Source: Lytechinus pictus
Lineage: Eukaryota
DNA: 64,000 bases
Assembly (NCBI RefSeq): GCF_037042905.1
Contig: NC_087250.1
Location: 11,038,001-11,102,000 of the forward strand
Direction: 5' to 3'
Shown here: piece by piece, positions 40,156 to 51,744 of the stretch
Position numbering within the stretch: the stretch's first letter is position 1
Layout: each line of letters begins with the position of its first letter
The notes under the pieces: generated by a model
The model's input: only the letters and a program-made list of their open reading frames with translations
Told to the model about the DNA's origin: nothing
Database searches by the model: none
Position numbers and translations under genes: made by a program

Positions 40156-41557
40156 CCCAGGACCAAAATCCAGTTGAAACCAATTGAAACCAATAGGGAA
40201 ATTGAAACAACTGGAACCAATTGAAACCAGTTGCCAACTGGTTCCAGTTACAACCAATTGGGCAACTGGAACCAGTTGGCAATTGGTTTCAATTGGTTCC
40301 AGTTGAAAACAATTTCCCTATTAAAACCAGTCGAATCCAATTGGAGGTAACTGGTTTCAATTGGTTCTAGTTGAAACCAATTGGAGGCAACTGGTTTCAA
40401 CTGGAACCAGTTGAAACTAATTGGTTTCCAACTGGATCCAATTGGAACTTCCAGTTGGAATGACTTAATTAGTTACAAATTAATTAGATTTTGCACTAAC
40501 TATTGCTCATGCCAACAAAGAAGCAGTGCTATATGTCTATAATACCAATGTAAAGGGCATTGATAAGTAGACTTTCATAATGTATATATACTGCATGAAA
40601 GATCTTCAAATATATGTATTTGATGTAATTTGGTAACAGTTAGTGGTGTACTAATTATCTTATAATCTGTTTTAATTATAATCTATGACATTTATGAACA
40701 TGGTTTTCACTGCTAAGCATTCTAAACACTTATCTGAAACAAGTATGGTACTTGAAATAGAAAATAATTAAATAGATACATTTTAAATGATGATGAATCA
40801 CATAAAACATTAATCTGTGCACACTGGCAGATAATATGCAAATTAACTGGTTTCAATTGGAACCAGTTGGGTAACTGGAAAATTTCCAATTGGAAACCAA
40901 TTGGAAGTCATTTCCAGTTACCCAACTGGATCCAGTTAGGATTTCCAGTTACCCAACTGGTTCCAGTTAGGATTTCCAGTTACCCAACTGGTTCCAGTTA
41001 GGATTTCCAGTTACCCAACTGGTTCCAGTTAGGATTTCCAGTTACCCAACTGGTTCTAGTTAGAAATCATTTCCAGTTGGAAGTAATTTCCAGTTACCCT
41101 ACTGGTTCCAGTTAGGATTTCCAGTTACCCAACTGGTTCCAGTTAGGATTTCCAGTTACCCAACTGGTTCCAGTTAGAAATCATTTCCAGTTGGAAGTCA
41201 TTTCCAGTTACCCAACTGGTTCCAGTTAGGATTTCCAGTTACCCAACTGGTTCCAGTTAGAAATCATTTCCAGTTGGAAGTCATTTCCAGTTACCCAACT
41301 GGTTCCAGTTAGGATTTCCAGTTACCCAACTGGTTCCAGTTAGAAATCATTTCCAGTTGGAAGTCATTTCCAGTTATTACCCAACTGGTTCCAGTTAGGA
41401 TTTCCAGTTGCCCAACGGGATCCAGTTAGGATTTCCAGTTGCCCAACTGGTTTTAACTGGAAATTGTTATATTCCAGTTAAAACCAATTGAAACCAATTG
41501 AAACCAATTGAAACCAGTTGGAAATCCAACTGGTTTCAATTGGATTTTGGTCCTGGG
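40156..41557. mobile_element. Non-autonomous TIR element with CCC...GGG ends and a 2-bp TA TSD (CMC/EnSpm-like), rich in CCAGTT/AACTGG subterminal repeats
   Basis: Structure is TA|CCCAGGACCAAAATCCA(G/A)TTGAAACCA ... TGGTTTCAATTGGATTTTGGTCCTGGG|TA. Confidence 0.85.
40910..41455 (+). repeat. 31-bp minisatellite (TTCCAGTTACCCAACTGGTTCCAGTTAGGAT) with longer variants
   Basis: Direct tandem copies are visible. Each unit contains the small hairpin CCAGTT-ACCC-AACTGG. Confidence 0.9.
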
Positions 41558-42127
41558 TAGCAATATATTGTTAAAACAGTCGTCGTGAATATTCATTAGG
41601 TGGGCTGATTATGTCACATCTCCACTCTCCGTTTCCCTATGTTATTATATATAATCATAATTTTTACATTATTTCATATTTGTGCTAATAATATGTATCC
41701 CTTATAATGAAATAAGTTGCAGCAATAAATATTTAATGCACTAAATCAGTTGCCAATCCAATTTTTCTACTTTTTTGTTCTTGGATGAAAACATTTGAAT
41801 AAACCTAATTTCATATAATAAAATATCGGACCCGCGGACTATCGGACCCGCGGTCTATCGGACCCGCGGTCTATCGGGCTGTAACCGTAGTCCTCGGGTC
41901 CGATAGTCCGCGGTGTGTGTAAAATTATGGTCAGGATATAGTGAGATCCAATGACATCAAGAGGTCAAAAGGCCAATGATACGAGTCCATGGGGTTCTAT
42001 AACGATGACCCAAAGGACAATCGCCCCCTGACATCTACTTCAAGGAAAATATTATCCCCATATTTTTATCGTCAGGGACTGTTACCCCCCCCCCCCCCCC
42101 CCGGAAATTTACCCTCTAGACGCCATA

Positions 42128-42790
42128 CGGAGCCTCTAAAATGCCATCGACTTGACGACATGGCGAGATAGTTTATCTTGCCATGTCGACTAAATAAGCT
42201 TATTATGTCCGCATGGCGCGATACGTTATCCTACCACTTATAAAAAGTTATATGTCAACATGGCGAGATATTTTATCTTGCCAAGTCGACTTAAATAAGT
42301 TACATGTCAACATAGCGATATATCGGGATTCTCGCCGGGACTTGTACACTTCATATCTCGCCATGTGGACATATAGACTTGACAAGATAGAATATATCGT
42401 TATGTCGAAATAATAAGCGTATTAATTACTTAGGCGGCGGAAGCGGGGGGGGACCTTTCCCCCCTAAATTTGAGGTGGGGGACGGTCCCCCCTAGATTTT
42501 TAGTTGAGAACCTTTTTTTTTGCTTTTCTATTTGTTTTCTACGTCCCCCCCTAAATTGAGGTGGACCCCCCCTAAAATCTTTTTGTCCCCCCCCCCTAAT
42601 TTTGGTTGATAACCTTTTTTTTTCTTGTCAAAAAATTTTGGTGGTCCTTCTTATAAATTTTGGTTGACTTGCTTGTCAAATTTTTTACCTGTGTCCATCC
42701 CAAAATTTCAGGTGGACCCCCCTAATTTTTTTTGCCTTCCGCCGCCAATGATTAATTAAGACATGGCAAGATGGCATTTTCAAGGCTCCG
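42128..42790. mobile_element. TA-TSD MITE with internal GGCGAGATA/GTCGAC repeats
   Basis: Structure is TA|CGGAGCCTCTAAAATGCCATC ... GATGGCATTTTCAAGGCTCCG|TA. Confidence 0.85.
42429..42750. mobile_element. Small hAT-like MITE with 8-bp TSD ATTAATTA
   Basis: Structure is ATTAATTA|CTTAGGCGGCGGAAG ... CTTCCGCCGCCAATG|ATTAATTA. Confidence 0.85.
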
Positions 42791-42939
42791 TACTAGGGGT
42801 AATTATCCGGGGTAATTGTCTGGAGGTTTAATTTCCGGGGGGGGGTATCAGTCCCCGGCGGTAAAAATATGGGGATAATATTTTCCTTGAAGTAGTTGTC
42901 AGGGGGTGATTGCCCTAATTGGGTTATTGTTATAGAACC

Positions 42940-45900
42940 CAGGCGCGGATCCAGGATTTCGTGGGGAAGGGGGGGGGGGCAAATTTGACCTGATTTTTGG
43001 CGCCCATATGTGTACTCTTCGAAAAATAGCGCCCACTCCCTCCCGGGAAGGCTAAATTAAGTGCCTTAAATGGATTTTGAATTATCTTATAATCACATTT
43101 AAAAAAATAAAGACCACTTTTTCATGTGTTCTTAAAAAAAAAATCCATAAATATATAATGTAATATCAATGGGAGCGCGAAGCACGAGTGATTTTTTTTT
43201 TTTTTTTTTTTTTTTTTTGGGGGGGGGGGGTTCAATTTGGTTCTTCTAACCAGAGTAGGCCCTACTAGAATATTGTGTGAACGGGAGCTGTAGTTTCTGT
43301 ACTGTTGTGTTAGAATACCCTTCAATAATATTAATGATAACCTCTTGGGAATAATGCAATCTCGAAGCAATCGACTAATTCTCCTCATCAGTGGCGTATT
43401 TATTCAGCATGGGTGCACGGGGGGGGGGGGGTGGCGAGGGCACCAAGTTAAAAAAAATAAATGAAATGGGGGGGGGTAGACGTCAAAGAAAATCTGAGAT
43501 TTCATTCTTAAAAACAAATTGAGGTATCTCACAAGGCCTAAATAAATAATGAGAACGCGAAGCGCGATCTTTTTTTAAATAGATTTTTCATGTATTATAT
43601 CCTGAAAGCCTAAGTCAGGGGCGGACCCAGCTTCCGCCAATAGGGTGAGGGGCCATTTTTTCACCCATATTTTTCCCGATCGGCCGCTCAAAGTTGATTT
43701 TTTTTTGTTTCTTTGAAGGGGTTGTCCCAGTGCCGTAATGAGCCAACAATTTCGAGGGGGCTCGATATGGTGTATCGCATAAAATTAATAAGAAGTTGCC
43801 AGTGAGCGAAGCGAGCAAGCAAATATCCTGACATTTTTATTACAAAAATACAAGGTTGTGATAGATTTTGACATAATATTTGGAAAATAATATTATATTT
43901 CATCCTAATCCCTTTCCTTTTCTCTCTATTTTTTCTTAGTCTTGATTCTCTCTATTTTTTTAACAGTCATTTCCTAGCTTTATTTTATAAGCAACATAAA
44001 TCTCTTAAGCCCTATGTAATCTAAAAATGAAATTTCATGTATTTTGTCCTGAAAATTGAACATTTTGGGCAATGTTTGTGAACCTGAACAGGACGCGTAT
44101 GTAACTAGATAATTACCACGAGCGCGAAGCGCGAGCAGAAATGTTAAATATTCGTTCTAGCCTGGTCGAAAAGGGACCAGTTAAGGATGTTTTGCAGTTA
44201 GCCATTAAGACGATACACATTTCAACGATTAAATAATGCGAGCGCGAAGCGAGAGCTGAACATTTTTGATATTCCAACCTAAAAATATGATATTTCAAAT
44301 CCCCCAATGGGACATTCGATTCATGTTTGTCAATCATGAAAAAGGATGGGTAATTTTTGTTATCTCCCTACAATAATAATGGGAGCGCAAAGCGCGAGCT
44401 GAACATTTTTGATATTCCAACCTAAAAAGATGAGATTTCAAACCCCCCAATGGGACATTCGATTCATGTTTGTCAATCATGAAAAAGGATGGGTAATTTT
44501 TGTTATCTCCCTACAATAATAATGCGAGCGCAAAGCGCGAGCAGAACATTTTGGATATTCTGATTTGAAACTGGATAATTTTAGCACGTTTTGAATAAGA
44601 TCAAGCTTTGTATCTCAAAAAACATGCGTGCACGTGTTTTAGAGTTAGACAGAATCCTGGCAATCTGAATACATTTCATTCTTCATCATAAAAATCAATA
44701 ATGCGAGCGCAGAGCCCGAGCTGAAAATAATATTTGAAATTCCGATATGAAAAGGGTCAATTTAAGCACTGTTTACAGCACTGTGTATATAGGGAAATTT
44801 GATAGCACTATATAAATAATGCGAGCGCGAAGCGGGAGCTGATATTTTATTATTTATTTGACCTAGGATCGAGACATTTTAGGCCTAAGGACATTTTGTC
44901 ATCATATAAGAATGATGACTATCTTCTATTTTTTTTCCTAAAACTTGTTGATATTTATTTCTGAAAAAGGGACAATTTAGTTATTATGAATTCATACAAA
45001 TCTTATTTCATATTTATTAATCTGTTAAGCCTAATGAGTGTGTGAAATTTGTTGACAGTGCATGAGGCCTGAAAACTGGATATTTTAAGTATTTTTGTAA
45101 TCATAAATAGGATTCATTGGTTGATATATTTTTAGCAAATAATGCGAGCGCAAATTGCGATCCGGAATTTTTTAATGGGGGGATTTAAGTAGTTTGTTAT
45201 AGAATTAATATATAGGTATACATAACTCACCAATCAAAATGCGAGCGCGTAGCGCTAGCTCATAGGCCTTTATTATTTTTTTTTACAATCGAGGCACCTG
45301 AAAAGGTATATTTAGAGAATCTTATATGAAATATAAAAAGACAATAGGTAGGCCTACTTGGCAAATAGTGCGAGCGCACAAAATGTTGCAAATGTTGATT
45401 CAAACCATAAAACGGACATTTTCCAGAGCACTTAAAAACATAAATTGGTAAATAAAACAAAATAATGAAAGGTCAATGTCCGAGCTGATTTTTTTTTGTA
45501 TATTGATATCAAAACTTGATATTTTAAACTACATATCAGCCTATTGAGCAAGATATGTATCTCATTGAACAGGCAATGCGAGCGCGATGCGCGAGCGAAA
45601 CTTTAATATAGTGACATTAAATATTTTTAAAAATTGTTTTCCAAGTCTTCTCCTGACCTTATTTTATTCACTCGTCTTCCTCCTTTTATGTTTTGTCTTT
45701 TTTTTCTCCTTTCTTTCCCCCTTTTTTTCTTTCCCCATTTTTCACAATTTATTTGCTCTGTCAATAGGGGGGGAGGTTGCCCTCGTGCCGCCTCAATCCG
45801 CCTATGTTAGTAGTTGTTATGATGAACACGATGCATATCTATTAAGAAATGAATGCGACCGCGAAGCGCTAGCTGAAAACTTTTATAATGATGAAATGAA

Positions 45901-47587
45901 AAATACATTTTCAGTTGTCAGGTTGGAATATCAAATATTTTTAGCTTGTGCTTCTCGTTCGCATAAAAAACTGTAAGGTCGGGATGCGTATATAACTAAA
46001 CAATGTATTGATGCCAGCGCGAAGCGCGAGCTAAATTTTTTATATGCTGACTTAAGAAGGACTAAGGTATAATTCCTATTCTAATTGCTTGTCCTTTTTC
46101 TCTTCCTTTTTTCTGTTTCTTACCCCTTTTTTGCGCCACCATGGGGGGGGGGGGCAAAATATTTGCCCCCTGGATCGGCTTATGTATGTTGACTTGAAAA
46201 ACACTAACACTTACATGTGGGATTGAAGCAGAGGATGAATACCTCGTTAATCAAATATTGCGAGCGCGTAGCGCGAGCTGAATTTGATAATAACCCTTTT
46301 TTGTGACCCTGAACAGTGTATCTTTCTCGCTAAACAGACTTAAAACTCGAAAACATTGTTTTTCCTGTTATCGTAAAAACGGGATATTTTAATTCAGCCG
46401 CATTAATTTAAGTTTTTTGGGCAGGACATATGTTTCACTATTAAAGTTCAAGGTCAATTTGGCGCCCTCGGTTGAACATAAACTTGGCGCCCCCATGTGA
46501 AATATAACTTTGTCCTCCCTCCCCCTCTCTGAAACATGTATTTGACGCATTATGGTCAAAATTCAAATTAGCGCTCCCCAAGTTCGAACATCAATTTGGT
46601 GCCCCGCTAGATCGAACATCAATTCAGCGCCCCATAGTTCGAACGTCATTTTGGCGCCATCAAATCGACGTCCAGGTCAACATCTCCCTCTTCCGTTTCC
46701 CATCTCCTTTTCTTTCTTTTTTCTTTCTCTTATCCTCATTCCCCTTCCTTCCTTTTTCTTTCTTTCTCTATTTCTTTCCCCCTCTTCTTTTCCCCCTTTT
46801 CTTCTCTTTCCCCCGATCTTTTCTTTCCCCCTTATCTTCTCTTTTTCTGTCTTTTCTTTCCCTCTTTTCCTCTCTCTCTTTTCTCGCTTTTCCTCTCTTC
46901 CCCCTTACTCTCTCTTTTTTCTTCTCTTTTCCTCTCTTCTTCTCTCTCTCTCTTTTCTTATCTTTCTTCCCATCTTCCTCTCTCCTTAAATATTATTCTC
47001 TTCCTCTTTTTTTCTTCTTCTTTTCCCCCTTTTCCTTATTATGTTCTTTTCTTTCTTTTCCCTCTTCCACTTTTTTCTCTTTCCCCCTTTACCTCTCCCT
47101 TTTTCTTTTTCTTTTTCTTTCCTTTCCCTCTTTTTTCTCTTTTAATTTTTTTTTCTTCTCTCCCTCCCCTTCCTCCCTCTCTCTCTCTATCTTCTCTACT
47201 TTTCCCCTCTTCCTCTCTCTCTCTTTTTTCTTATCTTTCTTCCCATCTTCCTCTCTATTTAAATATTCTTCTATTCCTTCCTCTTTTTTTTCTTCTTTTT
47301 CCTCCTTTTCCTTTCTCCTTTCTTTTCTTCTTTTCCTTTTCCCTCCTCTTTTTTTACTCTTCTTTCCCCTTTTCATCTCCATTTTTTTCTTTGTCTTTCC
47401 TTTCCCCTTTTTCTTATCTTTTTTCTTCTCTTCCTTTCTCCTTCTTACTCTCTTTTCTATTCTCTTCTTTTCCCATCTTCCTTTTTTTTTATTCTCTCCC
47501 TTTTCCCCTCTTCCCCCCTCTTTTTTGAGCTGGGGGTGGGGGGGGGGTGAGGTAGTTCCCCCTCGGTCCCCCATGGATCCGCACCTG
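42940..47587. mobile_element. hAT-like non-autonomous element with 8-bp TSD ATAGAACC, containing further unresolved nested ends (43388, 43616, 43728, 45806)
   Basis: Structure is ATAGAACC|CAGGCGCGGATCCA ... TGGATCCGCACCTG|ATAGAACC. Confidence 0.88.
46680..47525 (+). repeat. Polypyrimidine (C/T) low-complexity tract, ~850 bp
   Basis: The tract is almost exclusively C/T and produces the F/S/L-rich and K/E/R-rich spurious ORFs. Confidence 0.92.
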
Positions 47588-48443
47588 ATAGAACCCATGG
47601 CTTCGTATCATTTGACCTTTGGACCTCTCGATGACATTTGATATATCTGATCATAATTTTACACACACTGCGGACTATCGGACCCGCGGTCTATCGGACC
47701 CGCGGACTATCGGACCCGCGGTCTATCGGACCCGCGCTCTATCGGGATGTCCCCATTCATTAAGCTATACATGCTTTCAGCCCAGACCATCCCTTTAAAG
47801 GCTCCGTATAAAATAAACCTAATTGTAATAGAAAGCAATGTCATCGACCTAAGACAGGTGGCAAGCGTGCCTTTGTAGAATGCTGTTGCCGGTATGCGAT
47901 GTTTTCTATACGGTCGGCGCACATGAAACACAATTGCGTCGCTTGTATACTACTTTGCGGTTAAACCCGAGACGTTCCCACGCGTACATTTCGAGGGCAA
48001 CAATTCAGTACGCGTTTGGAAGAAAATTACCCTGTTTACACGTGCATCGGCTTTTGGTTCAGAATTGGCTTTTGGTCTATCTTGCACCGCAGAATCGGCT
48101 TACCCTCTTTGGGAATCGACGGGCGGACGACATTTGGATCTCTTAGTCTCGCCTTCACCTCTTGCGGGCGAGACAAACAATGAGAAAGAGAAGGAAGAAA
48201 GGAGAAAGGAAAAGGGCCAATAATTGGAATGATCAAACAAATCTAATCATCTTGAAATAGGGCCTACTAATAAACAAGTGAGAAAGGGGTTAGAAATAAA
48301 GAGATGGCAAAGTGGAACGGAAATTTTAGGCGGGAAAGGGAAGGAAGAGAGGCCAAAATAAACGGGATGCGAAAATGCTAACATGAAATCGGAATAGAAA
48401 ACAGAAAAAACAAGAGGGGAAAAGAAAGAAATTGAGAACACAA

Positions 48444-49767
48444 CAGCTAGTGGCGTAGCTACGGGGGGGGGGGGGGGGGGGGGGCTGGGAGCCCCCCCCC
48501 CCCCCCTGAGATTTGGTGTGCCCCCATCAGGTGCCCCGCCTGGAAAAAAATTGGTAGAGCAAAAAAAAAAAAGGGAGAAAGAAGAAAAGAAAAAGAAGAA
48601 GAAAGACAGAAGAAAAAAGAAGAGGAAAATAAGAGGAGGGAGACAAATGAATGAAATAATGTGAGGGAAAGACTTGCCAAAAAGAAACAATTCTTTCATG
48701 TTACTATAAAAAATCTTTGCTTGCGCTTCGCGCCAGAATTGGCTGTTCGATGAGATTCATATTTTGCTCAATAGGCTGATATGGAGCAAGTTTTGAAGTC
48801 ATTATACAAAACATAATTAGCTCGGACATCGAGCTTTCAATATTTTTTTCATTTACAAATTTAAGTGCTCTGTAAAATGTCAGTTTTATTGTCTACATAT
48901 CAGCATTTTTTTTTTTAAGCTCACGCTGCGTGGTCACATTGTTTGATTTGCCAAGTTCCTATTGTCTACATGTATTCCATAATGTTCCATTAAAGAAATA
49001 TATTCAGAATGCCCAGATTCTAGGTCTAAATCTAAAACATGCGCGATAGCATGCATGTTCTTTATTTAAAATCTACTTGAATTATCCAGTTTCACATCAG
49101 AATATAAATAATTGTCTGCTCGCGCTTTACGATAGCATAATTAATGATACCCAATTAACTATATCCTATTTATGATTTACAAAATATGAATAGTGTCCCG
49201 CTTTTAGGTCTAAAATCTCAATTTTTTCCTCTTGCGCTTCGCGCTCGCATCCATTGTTTCGTTACATACCTATCCCATTTATTGATACAAAAAGCGCTTA
49301 GAATTACCATTCTTTTAGGTCGGAATGTAAAAAAAAATGCATTATTGAAATATATACCATCTTCGTAGGTACCTATATAAGTGCACTTAACAGGTCCCTT
49401 TTCGATAATGCTAGAAAAGTTAATAAAAATTTCTGCTCGCGCTTGGCGTTCGCAGTAACCATCTAGTTACATACGAATCTTGATCGGGATCACACATAAC
49501 ATTGCCCAGAATATTACATGAAAGTAACAAATAAAAAAAAATCGCTCGCGCTTCGCGCTCGCACTTTTTATAATGCTTATGAGATTATTTTATGTTTATG
49601 CTGTTTTATAAGAATATAACGAAGAAGTGACTGATCGGGAAAAATATAGGTAAAGATAATTTCGGGCCCTTGTGACAAGTACACACCGGATAAAAATGGT
49701 GCCCCCCCCTGACTCAAAGCAAGGACCCCCAGTGCCCCCCAGGAAAAAAATCCTAGCTACGCCACTG
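48444..49767. mobile_element. hAT-like non-autonomous element with 8-bp TSD GAACACAA
   Basis: Structure is GAACACAA|CAG(CTAG)TGGCGTAGCTA ... TAGCTACGCCACTG|GAACACAA. The left TIR appears to carry a 4-bp insertion. Confidence 0.75.
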
Positions 49768-51744
49768 GAACACAACCGGGATACCGAGGTTGAAAATAAA
49801 GAAAGGTAAGAAAGACTCGGCTGGTGTGTGGGTATGACGTGTATATAATAGCCTATTTTGATTTCACGCAACTAGCCGCAATCATAAGGGGACACAAATT
49901 AGTGAACTTCAAGATATCGCCCAACCACTGCCGATGTTCCTATCCAGGGGACAGACCGCTCTTCACACCATGATATGCAGCGGCGTAACAGGGATCGGTG
50001 GCCAGGGGCGGGGGGGGGGGGCGGGCAAGAGCAAAATATTTCCTGGTCACATTATATGGTATAAACAGGCGTAATGAGCCGACACTATTTTGAGAAGGCC
50101 AGATATTGTGCATCGGACAGAATTTATCTTTTAAAAAATGCGAGCGAGCAAAAATTTTGACCTTTTTAATACAGAAATCCAATTTTGTGATAGATTTTGA
50201 CATGATGTCCAGAGATTGATATTTCACTCTTCTCTCTTTGGATTCCTTTTTTGTCGTCTGTACGCGCACTGTGAACAGGATTCTTTGCGGCTGTAACGTG
50301 AAGAGTAAAAGAAAAAGAAAAAAAAACAGGGGTGGAGTATACCACATGTGCTAAAGAAAGCCGTTTTATATAAGTCCCGAGCGAAGCGAGCGAGAAAAAA
50401 ATCACCTTTTCATGAGAATTTAACTTTGAGCTATCATATCCTACACTTTTCCTCTGCTTTTTTTTGTGTTTTTGTTTGTACAACTTTTTGGGCCCATGGC
50501 CCAACACTTCGTTACGCAGTGATGTGCGGTTGGGGTCCGGGGCGGAGCCCCCTGAAAAATTCTTGATATCAAAGCCATTTAAACCTCGCAGATTGCCGCT
50601 ATTTTAATCAAATCGCATTCTACATAGACTATAGCTTTTACACAACACATTTATTCAACCCAGTTGCGTAATGAACCAAATTTTTATAGGGCAAAGCATA
50701 CCAACGTGGGAAAAAAATTGTAAAAAGTCGCTAGCGTGCAAAGCGAGCTGGAAAAAAATTGCCTATTGAAATTAAATTCTAATTATGTGATATATTTTCC
50801 ATTATATTCAGCAAATAACACATTTCATTGTCCATTCATTTCATTATACTTTGTCTCCTATAATTTTCTTTTTTTCCCTCTTGGGTGTGGAACACCCCCC
50901 CCCCCCGCCTGTATGCCATTGATTGAACATTGTTGAACGGGGGTAGGTATATAGCCATTTGAAGGTTATAAATGCTGAAGAGCCCATACTGCGTGGGGTC
51001 TGGGACAAAGGCCCGGTAGCTTATTTGCATAAAATCTAGCAAGCTTATAACACAATGTTGTATGCAGACCATCTTTCTTCCCGCTCTTTTCAATCATCGG
51101 TAGCCCGGTCGTGTTATTATTTTTTTCTTGTCCCTTTTTCCCTTGTATTTTTTTCCAATTTAGCTTTTGATTAATTACGTTCTACCTTCGTTTCCCGCTC
51201 TTCATACCATTTTGTTATCTTTTAAATTATTTCCCACCGTGATATTGCATTACATAGGCCTATTTCGGAATGATGTGTTCTTTCTCAAATGTTCTTCTTT
51301 CGTATATTTTCCCGCTTTCCTTTTTTTTCCATTAAAAAAAAAGTTTTTTTCTTCGTTTTTTTTCTCAATTTTCCCTTTCCTTTTCCTCCTTTCCTTTTCC
51401 CATTTCCTTCCCCATTTCCCTGTCTTTCTTTCCCCCTCCCTTTTTTCTTTTTCCCGTTTTTCTTAATTACGCCACTGATGATAATGACCGGGAATTTTCT
51501 GGCTCTCGTCCCCCCCCCCCTCCCCTGGCCACCGAACGCTGCTACGCCCCTGATTCTATGTAAGCATCTATTAATTGCATGCATTTTTCAGTTTGAAAAT
51601 TTGTTTTCTTTAAAAACGATATGACAATTTCATGGAATATTGTATCCACGTATATCGGTTGTTTTAAGGTCTGTTTATCAGCCAGCACGAAGAAAACGAA
51701 GTACAATTGCACGGAAACGTGTCCATAGCACGCTATATGTGGTA

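Larger units (their letters stand above)
41992..47596. mobile_element. Palindromic MITE (GGG ends, 3-bp TSD ATG; Harbinger-like)
   Basis: GGGTTCTATAAC...TACTTCAAGGAAAATATTATCCCCATATTTTTA is mirrored at 42860-42939. The last base is displaced to 47596 by the hAT-like insertion. ATG flanks it at 41989-41991 and 47597-47599. Confidence 0.8.
41824..47754. mobile_element. Palindromic MITE with 16-bp subterminal repeats (CTATCGGACCCGCGGW), with a rearranged left end
   Basis: 41887-41990 is an inverted match to ~47597-47710. The 16-bp repeats lie at 41824-41877 and 47670-47745, and the right terminus is ATCGGGATGTCCCC. Confidence 0.65.
40036..47794. mobile_element. Kolobok-like non-autonomous element (AGG...CCT ends, TTAA target)
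   Basis: Structure is AGGGATGGTCCTGGCTGAAA ... TTTCAGCCCAGACCATCCCT|TTAA. The left target is imperfect (TAAA, with a TTAA 10 bp upstream). Confidence 0.7.
39921..47806. mobile_element. Right-end remnant of a CGGAGCC-type TA-TSD MITE, split by a Kolobok-like insertion
   Basis: 39921-40025 contains GAGATA/TATCTCGCCAAGTCGA motifs ending GATGGCAATTAA, and the sequence resumes as TTAAAGGCTCCG|TA at 47795-47808. This matches the right end of the copy at 42128-42790. The left end is missing. Confidence 0.65.

Noticed and set aside
46552..47666. F/L/S-rich 'membrane' and K/E/R-rich 'basic' ORFs (also at 48247-48699, 51167-51624 and 55671-55874)
   Set aside because: They are translations of polypyrimidine or polypurine tracts.
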